Notes: generated from the sequence alone by a model not told the origin. Counted from the stretch's first letter, positions 29,772-40,164 are shown. The stretch is DNA of 64,000 nucleotides from Acidimicrobiia bacterium (GCA_030066755.1 JASJAX010000008.1:13958-77957), one strand, 5' to 3'. Translations and numbers: made by a program.

Positions 29772-30968
29772 TCAGATCAGCGCTTCGATCTCACGGGCGA
29801 TCGACTCCCAGGCAGGGCCTGCGACGTCGATCAAGGAGAAGTGGTCCGCTCCGGTGAGTTCGTGGAACACGATGGCGTCGCCCGAGTCGGCGGCCCGGCC
29901 CACGTAGTCCTCGCTCAAGCGGATCGGCACCGACTGGTCACCATCGCCGTGAACGATGAGTTGCCGAACCCCCATGGGGAGGAGTGCCGCAGGGTTGGCG
30001 GAAGCGTACGTGTCGGGATCCTCGTCCGGACCACGGTGAAGGAAGTGTTCTACGGCGTCGTCCCCGATGCCGGCGGAGTATGCCGCAGCGAGGTCGGTCA
30101 CGGGGGCGAGTCCGACGGCTCCGCGTGGCATCACCTGCGGGATTGCTCCGGGAGCGTTTGGGCCGAGGCCGGTGCGTGCCGCCATCCAGAGGGCGAGATG
30201 GCCACCCGCCGAGTGACCAAGGGTGACGACTGCCCCGGTGTCGATGGGGAACGACGCAGCGAGATCCGACAGGAAGTCCACGGCCCGGGCGGCGTCTTCG
30301 AACGTCGCAGGCCAACCGCCGCCGGTGCCGGTGCGGCGGTACTCGATGTTCCAGGTCGCCCAGCCGCGACGTGTCAGATCGACGGCGATTCCGTCCATCA
30401 GGTCCCGCGTCCACACCTCCCGCCAGAACCCGCCGTGCACGATCACGACCAGTGGGAATGGGCCGTCGCCGTCGGGGAGCCGGAGATCGCCGACCTGTTG
30501 GTCCTCGGTGCCGTAGGCGAGCGTTTCGAAGGGCAGCGCCGCGCGCCACACGAGGTGGGCGAGCGCATCCTGATACCCGCGGAGTCCCCGTCCGAAGATC
30601 TGGTGAACGCAGGCCGGTGCCGTTACCGACTGGCGGCGCCAGTCCTCGCGGGCATGGATGTTGGAGATGTGCACTTCCACCGTCGGGAGGTCGATGGCCG
30701 TGATCGCATCGTGGATCGCATACGACGAGTGCGAGAGCGCTCCGGCGTTGACGATCACCCCGTCGACGTGACCCCGAGCCGAGTGGAGCCGATCGATGAT
30801 GGCACCCTCATGATTCGACTGAAAAGTCTCGACTCCGATATCGAGGTCGGCGCCCCACGCAACGACACGATCCTCGAGCTCGCCGAGCGTGGTCGTTCCG
30901 TAGATGGCGGGCTCACGGGTGCCGAGCAGGTTCAGATTCGGTCCGTTGATCATGAGGACGCGCTGCAT
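29772..30968 (-). CDS. aroQ: Type II 3-dehydroquinate dehydratase fused to an alpha/beta hydrolase
   Basis: N-terminus NGPNLNLLGTREP.IYG, QSNHEG, EVHISN; C-terminus HGGFW, GHSAGG, HG..D, DHF; single continuous frame. Confidence 0.88.
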   Translation of the reverse strand: MQRVLMINGPNLNLLGTREPAIYGTTTLGELEDRVVAWGADLDIGVETFQSNHEGAIIDRLHSARGHVDGVIVNAGALSHSSYAIHDAITAIDLPTVEVHISNIHAREDWRRQSVTAPACVHQIFGRGLRGYQDALAHLVWRAALPFETLAYGTEDQQVGDLRLPDGDGPFPLVVIVHGGFWREVWTRDLMDGIAVDLTRRGWATWNIEYRRTGTGGGWPATFEDAARAVDFLSDLAASFPIDTGAVVTLGHSAGGHLALWMAARTGLGPNAPGAIPQVMPRGAVGLAPVTDLAAAYSAGIGDDAVEHFLHRGPDEDPDTYASANPAALLPMGVRQLIVHGDGDQSVPIRLSEDYVGRAADSGDAIVFHELTGADHFSLIDVAGPAWESIAREIEALI

Positions 30969-31008
30969 GGTTCCACGGTAATGGGAGCGACGGTGATTGC
31001 GGTGTCGC

Positions 31009-31761
31009 TCAGCCGGCGGGGGAGAGGTGCTCGGCTTCGAGTGATCTGCCGAGAGCCAGCGTCGCCGAATCGAGCGAACCGCGTTCCAGCTGGGCCTCGG
31101 TGGCAAGCGTCTCGAGGACCGCATCCGCCGTTCGTTGCAGGGTGATGGACGGGTCCATGTCCTGGAGGGCTCCTGCGGTGGCTGGATCCCACTCGAGCTC
31201 CAGCGCGTCGTACACCGGGAGCAGGGCATCGCGGATGAGCCTGCCGTCGGAGACCACGATGACCCCGCCGATGTGTGCGGCGCTGCGGGCGAGACGCTGA
31301 CCGACGCCCATGACCTTGCGACCTCCGGCATGAATCGAGTACTCACCAGGGCAGTACTCGCCGGGGAGTTCACCGATGAACGCCGTAATGCCCAGACGCT
31401 CGAAGGAGCGTTGGAGAACGCTCGACAGCAGGCCGAAACGATCGTGGATGCCGCTCCGCGGGTCGTCGGTCGGGATCGACCATGAGAATGCGAGGGTGCC
31501 CTCGTGGAAGACCGCAGCTCGTCCCCCGGCGAGCCGCTCCACAGCGGCGAACCCCATGGATCGAGTTGCGGCAACCGCTGCGGGATACCCGGGGCTGATC
31601 ACGTCGCGCTTCCCGAACGCCATGACTCGTCCCGGGAGATGCAGCCGGAAGGTCTCGCCGAGTTCGCCTTCCGAGACACGCAGGAGCAGGGCGCGTGACA
31701 GTGCAGTGTCGAGACCGGGCGACAGTGGTTCGGAGTCCTGGACAACGGTGATCGTGCGCAT
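31009..31761 (-). CDS. Lipoate-protein ligase family, LipL-like amidotransferase
   Basis: RLAGGRAAV, EYCPGEY (LipL-type Cys), KVMGVGQR. Confidence 0.8.
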   Translation of the reverse strand: MRTITVVQDSEPLSPGLDTALSRALLLRVSEGELGETFRLHLPGRVMAFGKRDVISPGYPAAVAATRSMGFAAVERLAGGRAAVFHEGTLAFSWSIPTDDPRSGIHDRFGLLSSVLQRSFERLGITAFIGELPGEYCPGEYSIHAGGRKVMGVGQRLARSAAHIGGVIVVSDGRLIRDALLPVYDALELEWDPATAGALQDMDPSITLQRTADAVLETLATEAQLERGSLDSATLALGRSLEAEHLSPAG

Positions 31762-31803
31762 CAGCGGCGGAGCGTACCCCCACAGCGAGGCCAATCCCCC
31801 GAA

Positions 31804-31837
31804 CGGACCGGCGAAGCCATTTGGCTTCGCCGGTCCG
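31804..31837. repeat. 16-bp perfect inverted repeat between divergent genes
   Basis: CGGACCGGCGAAGCCA-TT-TGGCTTCGCCGGTCCG. Confidence 0.85.
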
Positions 31838-31892
31838 CGTCTAACCTCCCGGCGCGGGAACCGTTCAACGACCTGAGAGAGTTCGACACCTC

Positions 31893-32570
31893 ATGAGGCG
31901 TCTCGCCACGATCATCGTGCTCGCACTGCTCGTCGCATCCTGCGGCGAAGGCGGTCTGCTCGACGGGGTCGGTGACCGTGCTCAAGATGCGGTGGTCGGG
32001 TCGCAGGTGGCGACCACCACGACCCTTCCGGACACCGGGAACGGGCTCGTTCTGAGGTTCCGCGAGGCCATCGAAATGGCGTGGTGGAACGATGGGATAC
32101 CGGATCAACGTATTGGCGAGCCTTCGTTCACCCAGGGTGTTGTGTGGGGACGGGCCGAGGCCAGAGTGATCCAGGCGAGCCGTGCTGAGATCGCGGCCGC
32201 ACTTCCGGGGATCCAGTTCCCGCGACTCGTTGCCGAGGACATCGGATGGGCGACGAGCCAGCTCGTGTTCGACGTTGCCTCGGCCCAGCTCGATCCGGGC
32301 ACCTCAGCGCAGTTCGGCCTTTGGGCGACCGAGCCGTACTCGCTCGATCAGAGCGCGGCGGCGGTGCTGCGAGTGGGCCGGCCGGCCGAGAGCGCTCTGC
32401 GGGGCGAGATCATTCCGGAGGTCGTCAGCGACGGGTTGTCGCTCAACTGGGTGGTTGGGGACTACCGCTACGAGCTGTTCTGCCAATCGACGCTGGCAGA
32501 GGAGTACTGCATGCAGATGGCGCGTTCGCTCACCCCGCTCGCCGACCTGGTTCCGGTCGTCGAAGGCTGA
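31893..32570 (+). CDS. Hypothetical lipoprotein
   Basis: Signal peptide with lipobox VASC; Thr-rich linker. Confidence 0.7.
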   Translation: MRRLATIIVLALLVASCGEGGLLDGVGDRAQDAVVGSQVATTTTLPDTGNGLVLRFREAIEMAWWNDGIPDQRIGEPSFTQGVVWGRAEARVIQASRAEIAAALPGIQFPRLVAEDIGWATSQLVFDVASAQLDPGTSAQFGLWATEPYSLDQSAAAVLRVGRPAESALRGEIIPEVVSDGLSLNWVVGDYRYELFCQSTLAEEYCMQMARSLTPLADLVPVVEG

Positions 32571-32637
32571 GCCGGCCGTCGTCCAGCTCCCACACGGATC
32601 CTAAGCTCCCCCAGGACCGCCGAGAAGGGACCCCTTC

Positions 32638-34548
32638 GTGTTCAACCAGAGTGGCTGGTGGTCGTACGTGCGCTACGACGAAGACCAGGATCGCCCGACG
32701 ATGGATCGGGCGCTCCTTCGGCGCGTCTTCGGGTATGCCGCCGCGTATCGGGCGCAAATCACGGTCGTCGTCGTCACGATCTTCCTGATCTCGTACCTCA
32801 CGGTGTTGCAGCCCCGGGTCGTGCGATCGCTGATCGACACGGCGATCCCGAACGAGGACCTCCAGCTCGTGACGTGGCTCGGGTTGGCGTTGATCGGAAT
32901 TGCCCTCGGGAACGGCGTCATCGGTGTGCTCCAACGGCGAGCTTCCGCATCGATGGGTGAAGGGATCATCTACGACCTTCGCCGTGAGCTGTTTGGCCAT
33001 CTGCAACGGATGTCCCTTGGCTTCTTCACGGCCACTCGGACCGGCGAGGTCATGAGTCGCCTGAACAACGACGTCGTCGGCGCACAACAAGCGGTGACCG
33101 GCACCTTTGTCACCCTGCTCGCCAACGTGGTGTCCACCGTCATGGTGCTGATCGCGATGGCGCAACTGGAGTGGCGGCTGACCGTGCTGTCGGTCGCCAT
33201 CCTGCCGCTGTTCATCGGCGTGTCGCGCCGCGTGGGCCGCATGCTCCGCCAGGTGCGGCGAGACCAGATGGAGCAGAACGCAGCGATGACCGGGCACATG
33301 CAGGAGACGCTCAACGTCTCCGGTGCGCTGTTGGTGAAACTGTTCGGACGGACCCGGCGCGAGGATGCCCGGTTCGCTGAGCACGCCGGCAAGGTGCGGG
33401 ACCTGGGGGTGCGCCAAGCGACGATCGGCCGCTGGTTCTTCATGGCCCTCGGCGTGATGTCGGCGCTCGGCACCGCCATCGTGTATTGGCTCGGCACGGT
33501 CATGGTGATCAACGGCACGATCACCGTGGGGACGCTGGTGGCGCTGGCGCTCTATCTCGGCTCCCTGTACGGGCCGATGTCGGGGCTCTCCAATGCTCGC
33601 GTCGAGTTGGCTACGTCGTTGGTGTCGTTCGAACGGGTCTTCGAAGTCATCGACATGCCGCGCGACATCACCGATCCGGCCGACCCGGTGCAGGTTTCCG
33701 AGGTGCGCGGCGAGGTGGCGTTCGACGATGTCTGGTTCTCGTACACAGGGAACGGAGCGCAGGGCCTCGAAGCAGTGAAGCGGTACACGTGGCGCGGCGT
33801 CACCGAAGGTCCCGATGCGGGGACGGCCCCGATCGACGACGGCTGGGCCTTGCAGGGGGTTTCGTTCGGGATCGAGCCCGGGGAACTCGTGGCGCTCGTC
33901 GGGCCGAGCGGGGCAGGCAAGACCACGACGACGTATCTCGTGCCTCGCTTGTACGACGTCGGTCGTGGCGCAGTGCGCATCGACGGCGTCGACGTGCGCG
34001 ACCTGACCCTGGAGTCGCTTGCGGGCGCGATCGGAGTCGTGACGCAGGAGAGCTACCTCTTCCATGACACGATCGCCGCCAACCTCCGGTACGCGCGACC
34101 CGACGCAACGGAAGAGGAAATCCGGGCGGCCGCGTCTGCGGCGAACATCGCTGAGCTGATCGAAGGCCTGCCTGAGGCCTACGAGACCGTCGTTGGGGAG
34201 CGCGGCTACCGCCTCTCCGGAGGTGAGAAGCAGCGCATTGCCATCGCTCGCGTCATCCTCAAGGATCCGCGCATCCTCATCCTGGACGAGGCGACCTCCC
34301 ATCTCGACGCTCGATCGGAGTCGTTGATCCAGCAAGCGTTGGAGCGGGTGATGGAGGGCCGGACGTCGCTCGTGATCGCCCATCGGCTGTCCACCGTGTT
34401 GTCCGCCGATCGGATCGTCGTGATCGACCAGGGCACGGTGGTTGAGACCGGCACACACGCAGAGCTCCTCGATCGGGACGGTCTCTACGCAGAGCTCTAC
34501 CGCACGCAGTTTGCGACCGAGCCGGCGGCCATCGGCGACGGCACGTGA
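32638..34548 (+). CDS. ABC exporter, TMD-NBD
   Basis: GPSGAGKT, LSGGEKQR, LDEAT, AHRL. Confidence 0.92.
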   Translation: MFNQSGWWSYVRYDEDQDRPTMDRALLRRVFGYAAAYRAQITVVVVTIFLISYLTVLQPRVVRSLIDTAIPNEDLQLVTWLGLALIGIALGNGVIGVLQRRASASMGEGIIYDLRRELFGHLQRMSLGFFTATRTGEVMSRLNNDVVGAQQAVTGTFVTLLANVVSTVMVLIAMAQLEWRLTVLSVAILPLFIGVSRRVGRMLRQVRRDQMEQNAAMTGHMQETLNVSGALLVKLFGRTRREDARFAEHAGKVRDLGVRQATIGRWFFMALGVMSALGTAIVYWLGTVMVINGTITVGTLVALALYLGSLYGPMSGLSNARVELATSLVSFERVFEVIDMPRDITDPADPVQVSEVRGEVAFDDVWFSYTGNGAQGLEAVKRYTWRGVTEGPDAGTAPIDDGWALQGVSFGIEPGELVALVGPSGAGKTTTTYLVPRLYDVGRGAVRIDGVDVRDLTLESLAGAIGVVTQESYLFHDTIAANLRYARPDATEEEIRAAASAANIAELIEGLPEAYETVVGERGYRLSGGEKQRIAIARVILKDPRILILDEATSHLDARSESLIQQALERVMEGRTSLVIAHRLSTVLSADRIVVIDQGTVVETGTHAELLDRDGLYAELYRTQFATEPAAIGDGT

Positions 34549-35012
34549 ACGGGCCGCTCCGGCTGCTGGCGCTCGCCTTGCTGATCATGGCGGCCGGGTG
34601 CGCCGAGGACGACGGTGCCGACCGACGAGGGTCCGACGAGTCGACGATGCCGCCTGCGACGGTCGGGCAGGCCGACTCAACGAAGCTGGCCGCTTCGACC
34701 GAAGAATGCGCACACGTCGTCGCAGTCGACGTGAGCGGCGCTGCGTCCGGTTACACCTTCTCCGTGACGGTCTCCTCGACGGAGACGGGGTGGGACAAGT
34801 ACGCCGACGCGTGGGTCGTCAAGGACGTCGACGGCACGGTCTACGGCGAGCGGGTCCTGGCGCATCCCCACGTCGAGGAGCAGCCGTTCACCCGGTCCCT
34901 CAGCGGGGTCGCCGTTCCGGATGACGTCGCTGAAGTCGTCGTCGCGGCACGTGATTCGCTCCTCGGCTTCTGCGGCGACGAGATGACCGTGCAACTCGGA
35001 GGCCGCGGATGA
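34545..35012 (+). CDS. Hypothetical lipoprotein
   Basis: Lipobox AAGC; conserved-looking segment TGWDKYADAW..RVLAHPHVEEQPFTRS. Confidence 0.75.
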   Translation: MNGPLRLLALALLIMAAGCAEDDGADRRGSDESTMPPATVGQADSTKLAASTEECAHVVAVDVSGAASGYTFSVTVSSTETGWDKYADAWVVKDVDGTVYGERVLAHPHVEEQPFTRSLSGVAVPDDVAEVVVAARDSLLGFCGDEMTVQLGGRG

Positions 35013-35563
35013 GTGCTACCTACCCGGTGTGGGACGGACGGGATTGGGTTGACCTGCCGGTGGCCGAGAGTGGGGGAGAGGCGGTGGTGGTGCCCAACGT
35101 CGCTGCGTTGGTGTATCGAGGCAACGAGCAGCGGGAGATCCTGCTGCAACGGCGAGACAAACCACGGGAGGCCGTTCGCGGTCGTCTCGAGTTGCCGGGA
35201 GGCCGATGGCGAGCCGGGGAGTCTCCCGACGCGGCGTTGGTTCGGGAGGTCGAGGAAGAATCCGGCGTGCGGCTCACCTCCGTCGGCGGTGCGTTCACGC
35301 GACCGAGGCTCGCCGAGCACGTGGCGTTCTCGATTGCGCGACCCCTGGCGGTCGTCAACGGCCTGGAGGGTGCCTATCCGGCACTGCACGTCCTGTTCGA
35401 GTGCCAGGGGGAAGGCGAGCCACGAGCACAGCCCGGCGAGACCACAGATCCGAGATGGTGGAGCCTGGCGGACGCTGAGGCGCACCTGGCTGCGGCTCCC
35501 GACGACTTCGTCTGGCACACACGAGCCATGCTTCACGCTGCGTTCGGCTGGTCCGGCGCCTGA
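35009..35563 (+). CDS. NUDIX hydrolase
   Basis: LPGGRWRAGESPDAALVREVEEESG Nudix box. Confidence 0.88.
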   Translation: MSATYPVWDGRDWVDLPVAESGGEAVVVPNVAALVYRGNEQREILLQRRDKPREAVRGRLELPGGRWRAGESPDAALVREVEEESGVRLTSVGGAFTRPRLAEHVAFSIARPLAVVNGLEGAYPALHVLFECQGEGEPRAQPGETTDPRWWSLADAEAHLAAAPDDFVWHTRAMLHAAFGWSGA

Positions 35564-35573
35564 TTGGTTTCCC

Positions 35574-36461
35574 TCAGGCCGAGTCGCGAAGGAACGCAAC
35601 GATGTGGTCCCCGATCAGGTCCCCCTGATCCTCCTGGAGGAAGTGGCCGGCTTCATCGATGCGGATGAGCTCGCGAGCGCCCGGAACACGTTCGACCCAA
35701 CGTTCGCCGACGCGAGGCGAGAAGATCGGATCGGCCGTCCCGAAGATCACCGCCGCCGGCCGGGTCCACTCGGTCAGCGCCTGGCGGACCCGCTGCATCT
35801 CGTCTGCGCCCTCGTCGCCGGGAGCGATGGGGACGATCAGGGGAAACCGGTGCGCTCCCACTTTCGATGCGGCGTCGGGGAACGGCGCCTCGTACGCAGC
35901 GAAGACCTGGGGAGACCACTGTGTGATGGCCGAACGTTGCATGATCATGCCGACGGGCAGATCCGGGTTGGCCTCGACGAACGATCGCCATTGCAGGAAG
36001 GCCGGCGGTGGCGTCGCACCGGAGAAGAGCCCGGTGTTCATGATGACGAGGCGCCCGAATCGATCGGGGTAGTCGACGGCGAGGCGGAGGCCGATCGGTC
36101 CGCCCCAGTCCTGGACGACGGCGCACGCATCGGCGACGTCGAGCCGCTCCAGGAGTTCGGCCATGAAACTCACGTGCCGATCGAAGGTGTAGAAGGCGGG
36201 ATCGGTCGGCGTGTCCGACTTCCCGAAGCCCGGGTAGTCGGGAGCGATGGCCCGGAATCCGCCCGCAACGAGCTTCCGGATGATCTTCCGGTAGAGGAAC
36301 GACCAGGTGGGCTCCCCGTGGAAGAGCACAACGGGCGGCCCGGAGCCTTCGTCGAGGTAGTGGACGTCGACACCCTCGATCGTTTCGTAACGTGCTTCGA
36401 AGTCGAAATCCGGGAGGTCGGCGAACCGGTCCGGGTCGGGCCGGATCGTCTCCCAGCTCAT
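35574..36461 (-). CDS. Haloalkane dehalogenase family alpha/beta hydrolase
   Basis: HGEPTWSFLYR, VQDWGG, NTG, AGHFLQED. Confidence 0.9.
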   Translation of the reverse strand: MSWETIRPDPDRFADLPDFDFEARYETIEGVDVHYLDEGSGPPVVLFHGEPTWSFLYRKIIRKLVAGGFRAIAPDYPGFGKSDTPTDPAFYTFDRHVSFMAELLERLDVADACAVVQDWGGPIGLRLAVDYPDRFGRLVIMNTGLFSGATPPPAFLQWRSFVEANPDLPVGMIMQRSAITQWSPQVFAAYEAPFPDAASKVGAHRFPLIVPIAPGDEGADEMQRVRQALTEWTRPAAVIFGTADPIFSPRVGERWVERVPGARELIRIDEAGHFLQEDQGDLIGDHIVAFLRDSA

Positions 36462-36973
36462 GCCGGGTCGTCCCCGTTCGAGGATCCACCGTCTTTCATC
36501 GGCGGCGGGAGTACGAGCACCGGGCGGCCGGACTCAGCCATGACCCGTGCTGAGACCGACTCCCAGGCCGACTGGTCGAAGATCTTCCTCGTCGAGCCGA
36601 GTACCACGACATCCGCGTCGACGTCGTCGGCGAGCTGCGAGATCATCGCTGCCGGGTCCTCACCCTCGAGGAAGACCACGTCTGAGCTGATCCCCGCTGC
36701 GCGCAGCGCACTCACGACCGGCTCCGTGATCCGCTTGCCACGCTCCTCGACGTAGCGCGAGATCAGCTCCTCGTCCTCTCGGAGGAGGACGCCGCCATCG
36801 TCGCCATCGTCCAGCGGATGCCACTCCTCGGACCGAAGATGTTCGAGGAACGTGCGGGGCACTTCGATCACGGTCGTGACGGAAACGCGGCCGTTCGATC
36901 CGATCAGTGTCGAGGTGAACTCCACCGCTGGGCCGGGACTGAGGACCCCGGTCGTCGCGATCAGGACGTGCAT
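36458..36973 (-). CDS. Universal stress protein
   Basis: HVLIAT..GEDPA.MI..ADVVVLGS..SVSARV..PVLVLP. Confidence 0.8.
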   Translation of the reverse strand: MHVLIATTGVLSPGPAVEFTSTLIGSNGRVSVTTVIEVPRTFLEHLRSEEWHPLDDGDDGGVLLREDEELISRYVEERGKRITEPVVSALRAAGISSDVVFLEGEDPAAMISQLADDVDADVVVLGSTRKIFDQSAWESVSARVMAESGRPVLVLPPPMKDGGSSNGDDPA

Positions 36974-37047
36974 GGCGTCATCCTAGATTCGGTCTTGGCC
37001 TTCCCGCCCGGCGAGGCTGGGGATAGCTGGCAGGCCACCGGTAGGGT

Positions 37048-37591
37048 CGTGATCCCAACCACAGGAGCGCTCGTGACCACGCCTGCCCCGGCCCCGGAAA
37101 CCCTGAACAAGGTGCTGTGGAGCATCCCCAATGTCCTGTGCCTCATTGGTTCTCGATCGGGCGACGAATGGAACGGCATGACGCAATCGTGGGTGACCCA
37201 GGTGGCGATGGAACCGGTGTTGGTTGCCGTGTCGATCGATGTCAAGGCTGTGACCAATCGGCTCATCAAGGAGAGCGGGTCCTTCTCGATCAACCTGTGG
37301 GACCGTGCCGACACCCGGCCGTTCGTCAAGTTCTCGAAGCCGGCCACGAAGGAGGGCATGACCCTCAACGGACGCCCGGTCCGAGAGGGTTGGACCGGGG
37401 TTCCGATCTTCGAAGAGGCCGTTGTGTGGATGGAGTGTTCGGTGTGGCAGACCATCGACTGCGGTACGCACGACCTCTTCATCGGCGAGATCATCGATGC
37501 TGCATTCCGTGACGACGTCGAGGATCCCCTCGTGGCCCGGATGGAAGACACCCGGATGAAGTACGGCGGAGTCAAACGCGGAGGACATTGA
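37048..37591 (+). CDS. Flavin reductase family protein
   Basis: NGMTQSWVTQV, FSINL, GVPIFEEAVVWMEC, GTHDLFIGE; start uncertain (37049 or 37073). Confidence 0.82.
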
Positions 37592-37678
37592 GCGGCGGCT
37601 AACGCCGCCGGTCGCCCGGGTTTCGGTGCGACGACGGCTCGGACGCGGCAGACCTGCTCTTGTCTTCGCTGAGGTCGA

Positions 37679-37804
37679 GTCTCAAGTCGCAAGTCTCAAG
37701 TCAGGCATCGGGCGGACCTGAGACCTGTGACCTGTGACCTGTGACCTGGGACCTGAGACCTGGGACCTGAGACCTGGGACGAAGAACGACCTGCGACCTG
37801 AGAC
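37679..37804. repeat. Inverted heptamer array pair (GTCNCAA x3.5 / CTGNGAC x9+2)
   Basis: Read directly; lies between convergent genes; the right arm abuts the DUF4032 stop codon. Confidence 0.93.
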
Positions 37805-39007
37805 TCAGTCTTCCACCTCGTAACCGGGGTGGCCGTGGTCGATCCAGCTCTGGAAGGCTTCGTCGTTGGGGACGTCTCGTTCTTGGCGGCGGGCCAGGAT
37901 GAAGCGGTGGTGGAGGAAGTCGCAGTAGGCCTGAACCAGGTCGGCCTCGCCCTCGCGCGTTTCTGCCAATCGCAGCATCAACGGTTCGAAGACGTCGACG
38001 CGCCACCTGATTGCGGCGATCGCTTTGCCGGTAGCGGAGGTGCTGCCGAGCCTGGCCTCGTGATACTGCAGGTCCGACAGGATCTGACGGGCCTGGTTCT
38101 CCGATGCCTCGATGCGGGTGAGCTCGCGGAGACGATTGGAATGGAAGTTCCGTCCGCCCACTGCGATCTTGACGACGACACGGTCGCCACCGGAAGGATC
38201 GGGCGTGAGGTCCACATCCTCTGCGTCGAATCCAAGGTCGTTGAGGCGCCCGATCCGCTCACCGATTCGATACCGCTCATCTGGACCGATGACGATGTCG
38301 TGCTGGAGCTCGGTCCACAGGGCGGCGTAGCGCTCGGCAACGTCTTCACCGAGGTTGAGATCGGCGTCGTCGACTTCGGTGCCTTGGGAGGCCGCGATAT
38401 CGGCCATTCCGCCGGCAACGTTCATGATCATGATTTCGATGTCCTCGCGACGTTGACCCGCGGTCATCGTCTCGTAGAGCCGACTCGTTTCGGCGTCGAT
38501 CATGATCGCCTCGATCTGGTTGGCGTCGTAGCGGTACAACACGTTGGACAGCGAACAGTCGCCCCAGAAGCAGCCGGTGAGATGGAGCTGTACCAGGAGG
38601 CCGGCGAACGCGTCGAGCATCTGATTGCGGCGAGCTCCGAACCCGGAACCCTGGACAAGTTCGCGATACGGGAACGCGTGGTCCACGTACCGGGTGATGA
38701 CGGCACCCGCTCCTTCGATCGACCCGTCGAGCCAGTGCCGATCAACGACGCCGACGGGGCGGGCGACCGGCCGGATCCTCGTGGACAGCCTGCGGAGTGT
38801 TTCGAACTCGTGATAGGCCAGGTCCCGCGGCAATTCCTTGATGGCATAGAGACCTTCGGTGTACGCCACGAACTGCACGGGATGCCGGTGGATGCCCGTC
38901 GGAATCGTGACCAGTCGTTCATGGTCCCAGTCGTCGATCGGGCGGTCCCAGTCCAGATCGAGGAAGTCCGGGTTGCCGGGTCGGATGTGCAGCTTTGGTG
39001 TTCCCAC
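37805..39007 (-). CDS. DUF4032 domain / kinase-like protein
   Basis: GIHRHPVQFV, YAIKE, FWGDCSLSN, IDAET. Confidence 0.8.
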   Translation of the reverse strand: MGTPKLHIRPGNPDFLDLDWDRPIDDWDHERLVTIPTGIHRHPVQFVAYTEGLYAIKELPRDLAYHEFETLRRLSTRIRPVARPVGVVDRHWLDGSIEGAGAVITRYVDHAFPYRELVQGSGFGARRNQMLDAFAGLLVQLHLTGCFWGDCSLSNVLYRYDANQIEAIMIDAETSRLYETMTAGQRREDIEIMIMNVAGGMADIAASQGTEVDDADLNLGEDVAERYAALWTELQHDIVIGPDERYRIGERIGRLNDLGFDAEDVDLTPDPSGGDRVVVKIAVGGRNFHSNRLRELTRIEASENQARQILSDLQYHEARLGSTSATGKAIAAIRWRVDVFEPLMLRLAETREGEADLVQAYCDFLHHRFILARRQERDVPNDEAFQSWIDHGHPGYEVED

Positions 39008-39077
39008 GTCCGTAAGTCTGGCGCATCCCGGGTCGCAGGGGAGCGATAGCGCGGAGCTGCACCGTATCCTCCCGTTC

Positions 39078-39410
39078 GTGGAGCTTCCCGAACGTATCGA
39101 AGTCGAGGGTGGCGACGAGGTCATCCTCACCTGGGCGGATGGACACGTCGGTCGTCTGTCCGCAGCGGAGCTGCGTGCCGCCTGCCAGTGTGCGTCGTGC
39201 CGTGAGCCGGATGGCATGCGTCGAACAACGGAAGTCTTGGCCGGGGCGGTTCCCGTCACGATCGCCGAAGCCAAACTCGTCGGTGGATATGCGATCAACT
39301 TCGTCTTTGCCCCGGAAGGCCACGGGACTGGGATCTATCCCTTCACCGGGTTGCGGAGCCTCAGCGAAGCGATGCAGGAAGCGGCTGACACCGGGGACAC
39401 CAGTACGTGA
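39078..39410 (+). CDS. DUF971 / gamma-butyrobetaine hydroxylase N-terminal-like protein
   Basis: WADGH, LRAACQCASC, VGGYAI, GHGTGIY. Confidence 0.85.
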   Translation: MELPERIEVEGGDEVILTWADGHVGRLSAAELRAACQCASCREPDGMRRTTEVLAGAVPVTIAEAKLVGGYAINFVFAPEGHGTGIYPFTGLRSLSEAMQEAADTGDTST

Positions 39411-40161
39411 GTCGTTCCCCGGCAGGGAGCCCGTCCATCTCGACCGGTGTCCGGCAACGGCGGCACGGCTTGCCACCTCGTCCGTAGACCCAGAGTGTGG
39501 CTCCGGGGCCGCGACGTCCCGTCGTAGACCGGTTGGGTCGATCCTTGTTGGCGATCAGCAGCCGGCGAGCGCGCTGCCCGAGCCTCTGCAGCGTGTCGTC
39601 GTCGAGCATGGCCGCCGGTGTCGCCGGATTGATACGTTCGAGGTAGAGCGTTTCGGACTTGTAGACGTTCCCGACTCCAGCCATCACGGTCTGGTTGAGG
39701 AGGAGGTCGGCTGCCGTCGCTGCTTCCGCGGCACGGGCCCGTCCGACAACGCGGTCCCAGTCGATCACATCGTGAATCAGGTCCGGCCCCAGATGGCGAA
39801 GCGCCGCCTCGACCTCTGCGTCCGGGGCAATCTGAACGGTCGGCGCCGCGAAACACACGGCAACCCAGTCGGTCGATTCGAGAACGACCCTCGCCTTGCC
39901 CGCAGAGGTGCGCCATCGTTCATCGGGTCGGTACCGGTGCCACGATCCGGTCATCTGGAGATGGGTACGCAGCGACCAGCCATGGTCGAACCCGATGATC
40001 AGGTGTTTGCCTCGTGCCCGTACCGAATCGACGACGTGGTCGACGAGGCGTTTGCCGTGAGCGATGACTGCCCGATGGGATCCGGCGACCTTGCGGATCG
40101 ATTGGCCCTCGAGCACGGCCAGCTTGGTTGCCGCCTGATGCAGCGTGTCGCCCTCAGGCAC
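39361..40161 (-). CDS. nei: Fpg/Nei family DNA glycosylase
   Basis: PEGD N-terminus, RGKHL, HLQMTG, AGVGNVY, C-terminal CxxC..WCPRCQ zinc finger. Confidence 0.92.
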   Translation of the reverse strand: MPEGDTLHQAATKLAVLEGQSIRKVAGSHRAVIAHGKRLVDHVVDSVRARGKHLIIGFDHGWSLRTHLQMTGSWHRYRPDERWRTSAGKARVVLESTDWVAVCFAAPTVQIAPDAEVEAALRHLGPDLIHDVIDWDRVVGRARAAEAATAADLLLNQTVMAGVGNVYKSETLYLERINPATPAAMLDDDTLQRLGQRARRLLIANKDRPNRSTTGRRGPGATLWVYGRGGKPCRRCRTPVEMDGLPAGERLTYWCPRCQPLPASLR

Positions 40162-40164
40162 GGT

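Noticed and set aside
31857-31883. ECF sigma promoter (GGAAC...GTT) before the lipoprotein gene
   Set aside because: Spacing is longer than typical and there is no other support
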